The notes beneath the pieces were generated by a model. It saw nothing but the letters and a program-made list of their open reading frames with translations. It made no database searches and was not told the origin of the DNA. The translations under genes were made by a program, and so were the position numbers. DNA of 32,000 nt from Cuniculiplasma divulgatum (GTDB taxonomy: Archaea; Thermoplasmatota; Thermoplasmata; Thermoplasmatales; Thermoplasmataceae): positions 540,001 through 572,000 of the forward strand of contig NZ_LT671858.1 in NCBI RefSeq assembly GCF_900083515.1, in the 5' to 3' direction. Numbering within the stretch: the stretch's first letter is position 1; each line of letters begins with the position of its first letter. Positions 19,846 to 28,041 of the stretch are shown here, in pieces.

Positions 19846-20961
19846 ATGAAAACAATGAATTTACCATTTGGTAAAAAATTGGAATTTACTAAATTACATT
19901 CAATGAATGAAAAAGAAACGATTAATGAATTCATTAAGAAACTACCATCTCTCCTACCGAATATGGATATAGAGGACATATCATACGAAATACCAATAGA
20001 CAAAAAGAGTTATTCTCATATAATGGTCAAGATTCTAACCGGAAATAAAAAGAAAAACCTACTTATTGAGGTTAAATCCAATGGAGAGCCAAGGTTTGTC
20101 GAAAGGTCCATTTATCAACTTAAAAATTTAACTAAAATTAAAAAAGGAATATACCCCGTTTTTGTCGCCCCTTACATTAGTGAAAGAGCAAGGGAAATTC
20201 TTAAATCAGAAAACATAGGTTATATTGATTTAATAGGAGACGCATACCTGCAATTTGACTCAGTATTGGTAGACCGTATAAGCATCGCTGAGAGGAAAAC
20301 AGAGAGACGTCTCAATCGCGGTATATTTGCCAGTAAGGCAACTCGCATTTTAAGAGCAATCCTTAATGATCCTGGTAAGAAATGGAAGAACACAGAACTT
20401 GCCAATATATGCAGAATGAGCCCTGCCGGTGTTTACTTTGTTGTGAATCAGCTTGAAGATAAAGGCTATGTATCACGCGATGAGGACAAGAGCATTAAAT
20501 TAATAGATTCAAAAAGGCTTCTAAAAAATTGGGCATCAAACTGGACAGTAGAAAAGAGCAGATCAAATGCTTTCTTCTCATTTGCAAGAAGTCCAGAAGA
20601 GATAATATTAAAACTCGCAAAGGCAGCAGATGAGTTGAATCTGAAATACGCATTCACAGGAATGGCAGGAGCTTCAATGGTAGCACCATTTGTACGATAT
20701 AATGATGTATGGGTATATATCTCAGGAGACCTAAATGAGATAGTGAAGAAACTTGACCTCAGACCAACAAGCTCTGGAGCCAATATTAGGATTTTTGAGC
20801 CCTTTGATGATGGAATATTTATGGATTTTAGGGAGATCAGAGGAATAAATGTGGTGAGTAACATCCAACTTTTTGTAGATCTATTCACATACCCAGGCCG
20901 GGGACAAGAGCAGGCTGAAAAAATTCTTGAGATAAATAGCAAAGAGGATGATATATCTTGA
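19846..20961 (+). CDS. AbiEi-like wHTH protein with an N-terminal PD-(D/E)xK-like extension
   Basis: 371-aa ORF in three parts. Residues ~60-140 show a nuclease-fold-like pattern (LLIEVKSNG...SIYQLKNL...YPVFVAPYIS...IGYIDL). Residues ~160-225 form a winged helix (WKNTELANICRMSPAGVYFVVNQLEDKGYVSRD). The C-terminal domain (YAFTGMAGASMVAPF...VWVYISGD...VVSNIQLFVDL) resembles the AbiEi antitoxin C-terminal domain. Confidence 0.5.
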   Translation: MKTMNLPFGKKLEFTKLHSMNEKETINEFIKKLPSLLPNMDIEDISYEIPIDKKSYSHIMVKILTGNKKKNLLIEVKSNGEPRFVERSIYQLKNLTKIKKGIYPVFVAPYISERAREILKSENIGYIDLIGDAYLQFDSVLVDRISIAERKTERRLNRGIFASKATRILRAILNDPGKKWKNTELANICRMSPAGVYFVVNQLEDKGYVSRDEDKSIKLIDSKRLLKNWASNWTVEKSRSNAFFSFARSPEEIILKLAKAADELNLKYAFTGMAGASMVAPFVRYNDVWVYISGDLNEIVKKLDLRPTSSGANIRIFEPFDDGIFMDFREIRGINVVSNIQLFVDLFTYPGRGQEQAEKILEINSKEDDIS

Positions 20962-21030
20962 AGACACGTTTTTCATCTGCCTTTGAAGATCAATTGATTC
21001 ACACATCTAAAAGTGTTCCAATAGAGTTAA

Positions 21031-21362
21031 TGCGAACTCTCAGACTTATACAAAGTAGCAATAGTTTTAATTGGAAGTTTGGTACCGTACCTGCTATTTG
21101 AATCTCGTAAAATCCGGGAAGATACTTTTATGCATGTGGGCTCAACTGACATTGACCTAATTGTTGACCCCGATATTGTTGATAATAATGAATACCAGAC
21201 AATTGTAGAATTAATAGAACAAAGTGGTCGGAATCAATTATCTGGTAACAGTTCATTTTTGCAAGAACGGTTAGAGGGAAAGACTTCTTCTACAGAGATA
21301 CAACTGTGGATTTTCTAAATCCTCAAAAAGGGACATGGGTAAAGAACATCGTCGAAAGTTAA
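21031..21362 (+). pseudogene. frameshifted and truncated nucleotidyltransferase-fold (AbiEii-like) remnant
   Basis: From ATG 21031 the frame reads MRTLRLIQSSIVLIGSLVPYLL...HVGSTDIDLIVD, i.e. a Gly/Ser loop plus DxD as in the pol-beta NTase fold. The sensible continuation (FARTVRGKDFFYRDTTVDFLNP...) is in another frame that opens at 21249. The shift maps to the T5 run at 21256-21260. The total is only ~110 codons. Confidence 0.45.
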
Positions 21363-21646
21363 CCGTTTTGAATTATCAATCGTAACGTTGCTGTCTGATT
21401 TCAAAACGTTTTGGCTGATTATACAAAACATTATTTTAATGGATTTCCAAATATAGATCCCTTTTTTCTAAAATGGACCAACAGGAGACAGGTGATAACA
21501 AACTCTATTTGAGCGACATAAGCAATAGTTGAATACGGCCTCCAAAATATACTGTATTTTTTTAAGAATAACCAAATCTACCAACCAGAATATTCATGAG
21601 TCAGCCATGTGCGTATAAACTTATATATTACATAAAAATATGTAAC

Positions 21647-21913
21647 ATGATGGAAAATAAGTCAATACTACATTATCCGAGGTTGGATACTATCCTTATG
21701 GTGGAGGATACTCTGAGAAAAGCAGAAGAATATCCATCAAAGAGGCAGCTGTGGCTTGCATTGGAGAAGAAAGTGATGTACCAAACATTCAACCTAATAA
21801 TTTCATATCTAGAAGAATCTGGAAAAATTGTTCAGCATAATGGGAAGATAATCTGGGTGTGGAATCCTGAACTGTTAAGCAAGTATAGTAACAACAAGCT
21901 GGTACTCAAGTAG
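21647..21913 (+). CDS. small winged-helix-like protein
   Basis: ORF 21596-21913; the more likely start is MMENK at 21647. The pattern PSKRQLWLALEKKVMYQTFNLIISYLEESGKIVQHNGKIIWVW resembles a wHTH. It is the last gene before tRNA-Val. Confidence 0.4.
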   Translation: MMENKSILHYPRLDTILMVEDTLRKAEEYPSKRQLWLALEKKVMYQTFNLIISYLEESGKIVQHNGKIIWVWNPELLSKYSNNKLVLK

Positions 21914-21990
21914 TGAGTGACACGAAGGCCGTAGTGGCATTTGCGGACGAAGATCGTCAGGAAAGTTCTAGGAGTTGAGAAATATGATTT

Positions 21991-22004
21991 TTTCATACTG
22001 TTAT
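21991..22004 (+). repeat. copy 3 of the short word TTTCATACTGTTAT
   Basis: Sits 6 nt from the 3' end (discriminator base) of tRNA-Val, in the same orientation as the other two copies. Confidence 0.6.
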
Positions 22005-22009
22005 GTCTA

Positions 22010-22082
22010 TGGGCCCGACCGGATTTGAACCGGTGACCACCGCCTTGTAAGGGCGGTATCATAACCACTAGACTACGAGCCC
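22010..22082 (-). tRNA. tRNA-Val (anticodon UAC), no encoded CCA
   Basis: The reverse complement reads GGGCTCGTAGTCTAGTGGTTATGATACCGCCCTTACAAGGCGGTGGTCACCGGTTCAAATCCGGTCGGGCCCA. It has a 7-bp acceptor stem (one G-U), anticodon stem CCGCC/GGCGG with loop CTTACAA, a GGTTCAAATCC T-loop and discriminator A. Confidence 0.9.
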
Positions 22083-22100
22083 TCTCTTCAGGATATTCAC

Positions 22101-22113
22101 AATGTATATATGA
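22101..22113 (-). promoter_or_regulatory. TATA box for tRNA-Val
   Basis: The minus strand reads TCATATATACATT, with its A/T core about 23-29 nt upstream of the tRNA 5' end. This is the usual archaeal TATA spacing. Confidence 0.45.
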
Positions 22114-22600
22114 ATTTTGAAAAATGAACGTTCTGTTATCCCGATAAGTTTCTCAAAAGTAATGGTTCTAGATTCAAAAATTCATATAGATAAATAAGAA
22201 GGAAATCATCTCAATAAAACTCTGATTTATAGTAATCTGGATCACCTGACTTAACTACAATTTCTTTCTCTTATCTTACCGTTAACCTATTCATCACACC
22301 AAAACGATTTAAAAGTGTTTGTTTGCTTAAACAATAGTAATAAAATTAAATTCAGAATAAATTCATAGAATAATCATAATTTTGCTGTAAAAACTGAATT
22401 TTCCAAATATTTTCATATTGAATAAATCATGATAGTTTATATCATTAATATTTTAAAATATACTGAAAGATATATATTTAGATTTACAACGTTGCTCATA
22501 ATATTTAACGTTTTACTTTCTCCTTTCACCTTAATAATTGTCTTGGAATAAATCGCTAAATTTAAATATCTCTTTAGAGTTAAAGTCTTAAGTGTAAAAA

Positions 22601-22882
22601 ATGAGAATTGAGATAGGAGAATGTTTTACCGTGGAATTTGAAATGTCATTGTTCCAGGAAGATAGAAAACTCTTGCCTGTCCACATTTTCGACAGAAATA
22701 TGGAAAGATTTGAAATGTTGGAACTGAACAGAACAATGATTAAATCAATTAACAGGTTTTTACATGATAAAAGCATAAAGACTGCTTTTCTGACAATAGT
22801 CAGAACTTCCAGATCAAAGTATGAAATAACACCAGGAACATTCATTATAACGAAAGAAAGAGGAAGGTTTCCAGTTCAGTAG
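22601..22882 (+). CDS. hypothetical protein
   Basis: 93-aa ORF with balanced charged and hydrophobic composition. I prefer it over the antisense 85-aa ORF (22588-22845), which is Leu/Ile/Ser-rich. Its convergent 7-nt overlap with the dehydrogenase gene is acceptable. Confidence 0.35.
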   Translation: MRIEIGECFTVEFEMSLFQEDRKLLPVHIFDRNMERFEMLELNRTMIKSINRFLHDKSIKTAFLTIVRTSRSKYEITPGTFIITKERGRFPVQ

Positions 22883-23835
22883 CTGTAAACTCCTTTTCCA
22901 GTCTTTCTCCCAAGCTTGCCTGCATTTCTGTACATTTTCAAAAGATTGGAAGGTCTGAATTTGGGATCGGCATATTCTTCATAAAGAATTTTCATAACGT
23001 CATAAGTGACGTCTATACCAACCATATCAGCGAGTTCCAGTGGGCCCATGGGCATCCCTGCCCCATATTTCATGGCTGAATCTATGTCTCTTGCAGAGGC
23101 AACTCTTTCATCCAGCATAAAGAAGGCTTCATTTATCATTGGTACCAGTATCCTGTTAACCAAAAACCCTGGCACCTCCTTAACCGATATGGGTTTAACC
23201 GGACCCCTATGATTTTTTAACGCACTAAAAAAACTCATGGTTTGCTCAAAGGTTTCATCAGAAGTTTCCATTGATCTTACAATCTCTACCAGTGGGAGTG
23301 TATAAGGCGGATTAAAGAAATGAGTCAGTATAAATCTTTCAGGGTACCTGTAAAACTTTGACATCTGGGTTACACTTAATGAGGAGGAATTTGAGGCAAG
23401 GATTGCTTTTCCATCCATGATCCCACCTAGTTTTTGAATTATCTCTTTTTTGACATCTATATTCTCAAAGGCAGCTTCTATTATAAGCTGACATTTTTTC
23501 ATTTCATCATATTTTAATGAATAGTGGATTCTCTTTGCTATTAGATTCACAACTTCATCTGTGTAAGATGATTTTAGCGTTTTCCTTATCTGTTCTTTCT
23601 GCTCATCAGTAAGTTTAACACCGAGTTTTTCTATTTTTTCAATTTCCTTTTCTGACCTGCCGTTGCTGAATTTTAACTGCGATTGCATGATCTTTTCAAT
23701 ATTCATCTTTCCCCTGTTCAGCATTTCATCATTTATGTCCACAAGGTGAACCTCGTATCCATTGAATGCCATTAGATATGCAATGGATGCTCCCATGGTT
23801 CCTGCACCCACAACTCCTATTTCCTTTATTTCCAT
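22876..23835 (-). CDS. hbd: 3-hydroxyacyl-CoA (3-hydroxybutyryl-CoA) dehydrogenase
   Basis: 319-aa ORF with an N-terminal NAD Rossmann motif IGVVGAGTMGASIA. Downstream blocks (SNSSSL, HFFNPP, GFLVNRIL, MGPLELADMVGID) are characteristic of the HAD family. Confidence 0.85.
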   Translation of the reverse strand: MEIKEIGVVGAGTMGASIAYLMAFNGYEVHLVDINDEMLNRGKMNIEKIMQSQLKFSNGRSEKEIEKIEKLGVKLTDEQKEQIRKTLKSSYTDEVVNLIAKRIHYSLKYDEMKKCQLIIEAAFENIDVKKEIIQKLGGIMDGKAILASNSSSLSVTQMSKFYRYPERFILTHFFNPPYTLPLVEIVRSMETSDETFEQTMSFFSALKNHRGPVKPISVKEVPGFLVNRILVPMINEAFFMLDERVASARDIDSAMKYGAGMPMGPLELADMVGIDVTYDVMKILYEEYADPKFRPSNLLKMYRNAGKLGRKTGKGVYSY

Positions 23836-24047
23836 ATTTGCTCATAGCTCAAAATTATAAATCCTTATTCCAGAGTATATAAACGTTCAAAAGTTGATGA
23901 TAAAATTTTTATTCCTGTTTTTATTAATAATATTAGGTCTTATCGATGGATAAAAAGAAAATTCTGCATGACCTTGATGAATTGGAAGCGGCCGACACTG
24001 AAGAAATGGATAGACTTGTTTTTGGAGAAGAAAGAAAAAAGAAGGGT

Positions 24048-25331
24048 TCAGGGAAAAACTCTCGTTCTATCTCTAGGAAATAGGGAAGCTTCCCTAATAT
24101 TATTTAACCCGAGGATGACCTGAGTAAGTCTTTCAAGACCCAGTCCCCATCCAGCATGTGGTGGCATCCCATATCTGAATGTTCTAAGATAGAATTCAAA
24201 GTTATCTGAATTTAAGCCTTTTTCCTCTATTCTACTTTTTAATTCATCCGGATTGTGAACTCTCTGGGCACCAGAAGTTAGCTCTATCTCCTTAAACTGA
24301 AGATCATATGACTTCGTAAAGTTCTTGTTATCGTCAAGAGTTGCTGTATAGAATGGTCTCACCGTGGTTGGCCAGTTTATTATGAAATAGAAATTTTCAA
24401 ATCTTTTTCCAATAATCTTTAGACCTTCGTTGTTCAGATCCTCTCCATCCTTCTGATCTACGCCTTCTTGCTTGAGGATTTTAACGCATTCACTGTATGT
24501 AATTCTTGGAAATGGTGTAACTGGTTTTTCCTTTACCAGAGACACTTCCTTTGCCTCTGGCACATTATTCAGGAAATTCTCTACACCAGCTGCGATGGAT
24601 TCTTCAAGCATCTTCATTGCATCCTCATGATTAGAGAATGCCATTTCTATATCAATGGATGTAAATTCGTTCAGATGCCGTGGTGTGTTGTGCTCCTCAG
24701 CCCTAAATGCTGGACCCACCTCAAACACCTTTTCTATTCCTGAAGCAATGAGCATTTCCTTGTATAATTGTGGGCTTTGATTAAGGAAGATATCCTTTTC
24801 GAAGTATTTTACACCAAAAAGTTCTGCACCTCCCTCAGTTGCAGCAGAAACCGTTTTTGGGGTTTGAACCTCTGTAAATCCCTTATTCATCAGGTAATTT
24901 CTTATACCCCACAGCAGTGCGGATTTTATGATAAATATTCTGTGATGTTCAGGCTTTCTAAGATCCATAAATCTATTGTTAAATCTTGTATCAAAATCAA
25001 CCTCAACCTCATCAACAATTCCAACTGGGAGTGGAACCTCAGCCCTGTTTAGAATTTCCATTGAGTCAACAACAATCTCCATTCCCAGTTTGCTCATCAC
25101 CTTTTCAGGAATTTTCCCGGTGATTGAAACAACACTTTCTCTTGTTATGTTGGTAAGATCAGCGAAATGTTTATTTTCTTTCCTGAAAGTAGCCTGAATA
25201 AGTCCACTGCTATCTCTCAGTATTATGAAACCTATATTCTTCATGACTCTTATTTCCTGAGCCCATCCCATTAAAGTTATACTTTCTCCAGAAGTTAATT
25301 TATTAACATCCTTAACAAAAACAGTTTTCAT
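24048..25331 (-). CDS. aspS: aspartyl-tRNA synthetase, archaeal type
   Basis: 427-aa ORF with an N-terminal OB anticodon-binding domain. Class II motif 2 is FRAEEHNTPRHLNEFTSIDIEM and motif 3 is GLGLERL. Confidence 0.9.
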   Translation of the reverse strand: MKTVFVKDVNKLTSGESITLMGWAQEIRVMKNIGFIILRDSSGLIQATFRKENKHFADLTNITRESVVSITGKIPEKVMSKLGMEIVVDSMEILNRAEVPLPVGIVDEVEVDFDTRFNNRFMDLRKPEHHRIFIIKSALLWGIRNYLMNKGFTEVQTPKTVSAATEGGAELFGVKYFEKDIFLNQSPQLYKEMLIASGIEKVFEVGPAFRAEEHNTPRHLNEFTSIDIEMAFSNHEDAMKMLEESIAAGVENFLNNVPEAKEVSLVKEKPVTPFPRITYSECVKILKQEGVDQKDGEDLNNEGLKIIGKRFENFYFIINWPTTVRPFYTATLDDNKNFTKSYDLQFKEIELTSGAQRVHNPDELKSRIEEKGLNSDNFEFYLRTFRYGMPPHAGWGLGLERLTQVILGLNNIREASLFPRDRTRVFP

Positions 25332-25710
25332 AGTTCACGCATTTTGAAGTTTCTAAAAACTTTTTCTAATATAAATTGGTTTGCGTTTTTGAAATCAATT
25401 AAATTGCCATATCTCTTTCATCTGAAGCATATTTCATTGATTTCTTTGCAAGATTTTCATTAATACAAACTAAATGACTCATGCCATTACCTTAATACCT
25501 ACATTACTTCGGTAGATTCTATAGCGGTGTCAAAGGCATATATATGAGAATTCTGGTGACATAATAGGTCATGAAGCATTTCTTTTTTCACTCAATGATG
25601 TTATTCACTGTGTATTCAATGATATACCTTCACTATTACTTTCCAAAAGCTTGTGAACAATTTCAATTACATGGCTGCGGGTGTTAATGTAAATAATACT
25701 AAATATAGGT

Positions 25711-27054
25711 ATGAAATTGTTGGATATGGATAAATCGAAGATCCCACTAATTCTGGCGATCTTAGTTATTTTAATTCTGGTAGTTTCTATGTTACCAGAA
25801 AGTTCAACTAATCATAACAGTTCAAATAATGTTACATATATGCAGAGCAGTACAGGTAAAAACCTGGTTATAATCAATTTTGACTATTCAGTTGACCCGG
25901 GAGCGGTGGACATGTTCAACAGTGCATTGAGTGGGTTGAACAGCACCAATACAGCAGGTGTTGTCATTGAAATGAACACTCAGGGTGGCTTGATAGATAG
26001 CATGCTTACCATAATAGACGATATTAATCACACCGAATCCCTTGGGATTCCAGTTTTCACATATATCACCACAAATGGTTTCGGTGCATATGCAGGCGCA
26101 TACATAGCAATGGCCTCCACACAGGTATGGATGGCCAGAGGTTCCGTAATAGGTCCAGCAACCCCATCAGAGGATGCATCCGATTTTCAGTCACTTATGA
26201 TAAGCCTTGCACAGGAACATAATCATAATGCCACAGCCGCATCTCTTATGGTAACCAATGGCGCAACCTATTCATATTCCAGCGCCACATCAAATGGGCT
26301 TATCAATGGAAACACGACCAGTTTCAACAACTTTCTAGCAAGAATAAACATGGCTGGATACCACCAGGACACAATTTCCGAATCCTATTTTGACCAGTTT
26401 GTCAGTTTCATAAGCAATGCCACAGTGGATGGTCTTCTAATTTCATTCGGCTCACTTGCCATATTACTGGATTTATACCACCGAACAATTTTTATGACAT
26501 TACTTGGTTTAGGTTTGATAATTTTGGGGTTCCTCGGATCACAGTTGATCGATGCTTCAGTCGTGGGTCTTGTCTTTCTGGTTATGGGCTCCATACTGAT
26601 ATTTCTAGAATTCAAGACTGGACATGGAATAGCACTTATGGCTGGTGTTGCTGTTGATATAATCGGAACTCTATTTCTTGTATCTCCACAGTATGATCTT
26701 ACTGCACAACCCTATTCTTCGGGATATTCACCTTCTCCAATAAACGACTCATTCATAATAACTGCAGTACTTGTTCTTTTGATTGCAGCATTTATAGCCT
26801 ATTATATAAATAGAATCGTCAGGTCTCAGGTGAGAAAACCTGTTACAGGCTGGGAATCCATGATTGGAAGTGAAGGTACTGCAGACACAGATATAGATCC
26901 AGAAGGATGGATATCTCTTGAAGGTGTAAGGTGGAAGGCAAGGACTGAGACAAACGAGAGAATTGAAAAAGGTGAACATGTGGTTGTTATAGGTATAAAT
27001 AACCTGACTTTGGTCGTAAAAAAGGTGGTAGATTCTGGACGTACTGGGATTTGA
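25711..27054 (+). CDS. long NfeD-family membrane protein (ClpP-like domain, TM bundle, C-terminal OB domain)
   Basis: 447-aa ORF with an N-terminal TM/signal anchor and a ClpP/SppA-like region (VVIEMNTQGG...). It has 4-5 central TM helices. The C-terminal NfeD OB block is MIGSEGTADTDIDPEGWISLEGVRWKART...GEHVVVIGINNLTLVV. Confidence 0.75.
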   Translation: MKLLDMDKSKIPLILAILVILILVVSMLPESSTNHNSSNNVTYMQSSTGKNLVIINFDYSVDPGAVDMFNSALSGLNSTNTAGVVIEMNTQGGLIDSMLTIIDDINHTESLGIPVFTYITTNGFGAYAGAYIAMASTQVWMARGSVIGPATPSEDASDFQSLMISLAQEHNHNATAASLMVTNGATYSYSSATSNGLINGNTTSFNNFLARINMAGYHQDTISESYFDQFVSFISNATVDGLLISFGSLAILLDLYHRTIFMTLLGLGLIILGFLGSQLIDASVVGLVFLVMGSILIFLEFKTGHGIALMAGVAVDIIGTLFLVSPQYDLTAQPYSSGYSPSPINDSFIITAVLVLLIAAFIAYYINRIVRSQVRKPVTGWESMIGSEGTADTDIDPEGWISLEGVRWKARTETNERIEKGEHVVVIGINNLTLVVKKVVDSGRTGI

Positions 27055-28033
27055 TATAGGTGGTTCTAAAATATCTGTATTTCTTTCAGAGAGTAATGGT
27101 GAAATCCATAAGAGACTTAAAATTAAGACTCCTAAATTCAACTCTCCACAGGAAATGGTAGATCTAATTGGCAATATGGTGGAAAGCATCGAGGAGGAAA
27201 CCGGGAGGATTCCTGATGCTATTTCTGTTGTTATTGCAGGAGCAGTTGATGCGAGACGGGGCATAATACGTTCATCACCAAATCTATTTGGTGGAACGGA
27301 AATTGAATTTTCAAAAATGCTGGAGGAGAGACTGGGAAAAATAGTTTACATAGAAAATGATGCCACAGCAACAGCTATTTCTGAGAAAATATTTGGGAAT
27401 GGCAAGTCTCAGGACAATTTCCTGTATATTACAATGAGCACCGGCATAGGTGGAGGTGTATTCATCAACAATAGAATTTATAGAGGATCTCTGGGAATGG
27501 CTGGAGAATTTGGACATATGGTAATAGATCCCCTTGGTCCTGTCTGTGGTTGTGGAAGAAGAGGATGTTTTGAAATCATGGCTGGTGGAAAGGGTACCCT
27601 GAGGATAGCAGAAGCCATGAATACCTATGCAAAATCACCCTATTTAAAAAAAATTCCACCGGAAAAACTTGAGGCAAGACATGTTTTTGACGGTGCTGAG
27701 GCTGGAGATAAAGAATGTATACGGGTTATCGACAAGGTTGTGGAAAACATGACCAGAGGTGTCGCAAACCTTGTAAATATTTTTGATCCAGAAGCCATAA
27801 TGATAGGCGGTGGGCTTTCAAATTCAAAAGAGCTTGTGGTTGATGGGATTGCCGAAAGACTTCAGGAAGAGCTCAAAACAATGAAAAGGAATGTGGAAAT
27901 ATTCAGGACAAATCAGATAACAGTCGAATTATCACCACTGGCAGTTGTCCTATATGAAAAGGAGATGCCATCATTCAATTATGAGAGAATTATAAGGGAA
28001 ATGAGGCAAAAGATTGCAGAAAAGACAAAATGA
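27032..28033 (+). CDS. ROK-family sugar kinase (glucokinase-like), start codon unresolved
   Basis: Carries the ROK zinc motif CGCGRRGCFE and a GHM block. The phosphate-1 motif LGFDIGGSK lies in frame upstream of the first ATG (27155). The open frame begins at 27032, after TAG 27029-27031, and has no ATG/GTG/TTG before 27155. Confidence 0.7.
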   Translation: MLDVLGFDIGGSKISVFLSESNGEIHKRLKIKTPKFNSPQEMVDLIGNMVESIEEETGRIPDAISVVIAGAVDARRGIIRSSPNLFGGTEIEFSKMLEERLGKIVYIENDATATAISEKIFGNGKSQDNFLYITMSTGIGGGVFINNRIYRGSLGMAGEFGHMVIDPLGPVCGCGRRGCFEIMAGGKGTLRIAEAMNTYAKSPYLKKIPPEKLEARHVFDGAEAGDKECIRVIDKVVENMTRGVANLVNIFDPEAIMIGGGLSNSKELVVDGIAERLQEELKTMKRNVEIFRTNQITVELSPLAVVLYEKEMPSFNYERIIREMRQKIAEKTK

Positions 28034-28041
28034 AATTAAAT

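Larger units (their letters stand above)
16950..22009. mobile_element. putative degraded integrated element or genomic island abutting the 3' end of tRNA-Val
   Basis: Only about half of this ~5 kb is coding, against near-saturated coding elsewhere, and it is visibly more AT-rich than the flanking arg/lys genes. Content is TA/defence-like (HEPN-like, AbiEi-like, NTase remnant, small wHTH). It ends 1 nt from the tRNA 3' end. No integrase was recognised. Confidence 0.35.

Noticed and set aside
21832-22068. 78-aa minus-strand ORF running through tRNA-Val. I considered it as a possible split SSV-type integrase fragment carrying the att site.
   Set aside because: Its N-terminus is simply the translated tRNA sequence. 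The remainder is antisense to the small wHTH gene and shows no tyrosine-recombinase blocks.
16950-22600. Search for a direct repeat of the tRNA-Val 3' half (GGTTCAAATCCGGTCGGGCCC or its complement) marking an att site.
   Set aside because: None was seen by eye in the island or elsewhere in the window. Only the short TTTCATACTGT word outside the tRNA repeats, and that is reported separately.
22588-22845. 85-aa minus-strand ORF overlapping the 93-aa plus-strand ORF.
   Set aside because: It is Leu/Ile/Ser-rich and membrane-like by composition only. The plus-strand frame looks more protein-like, and both remain low confidence.
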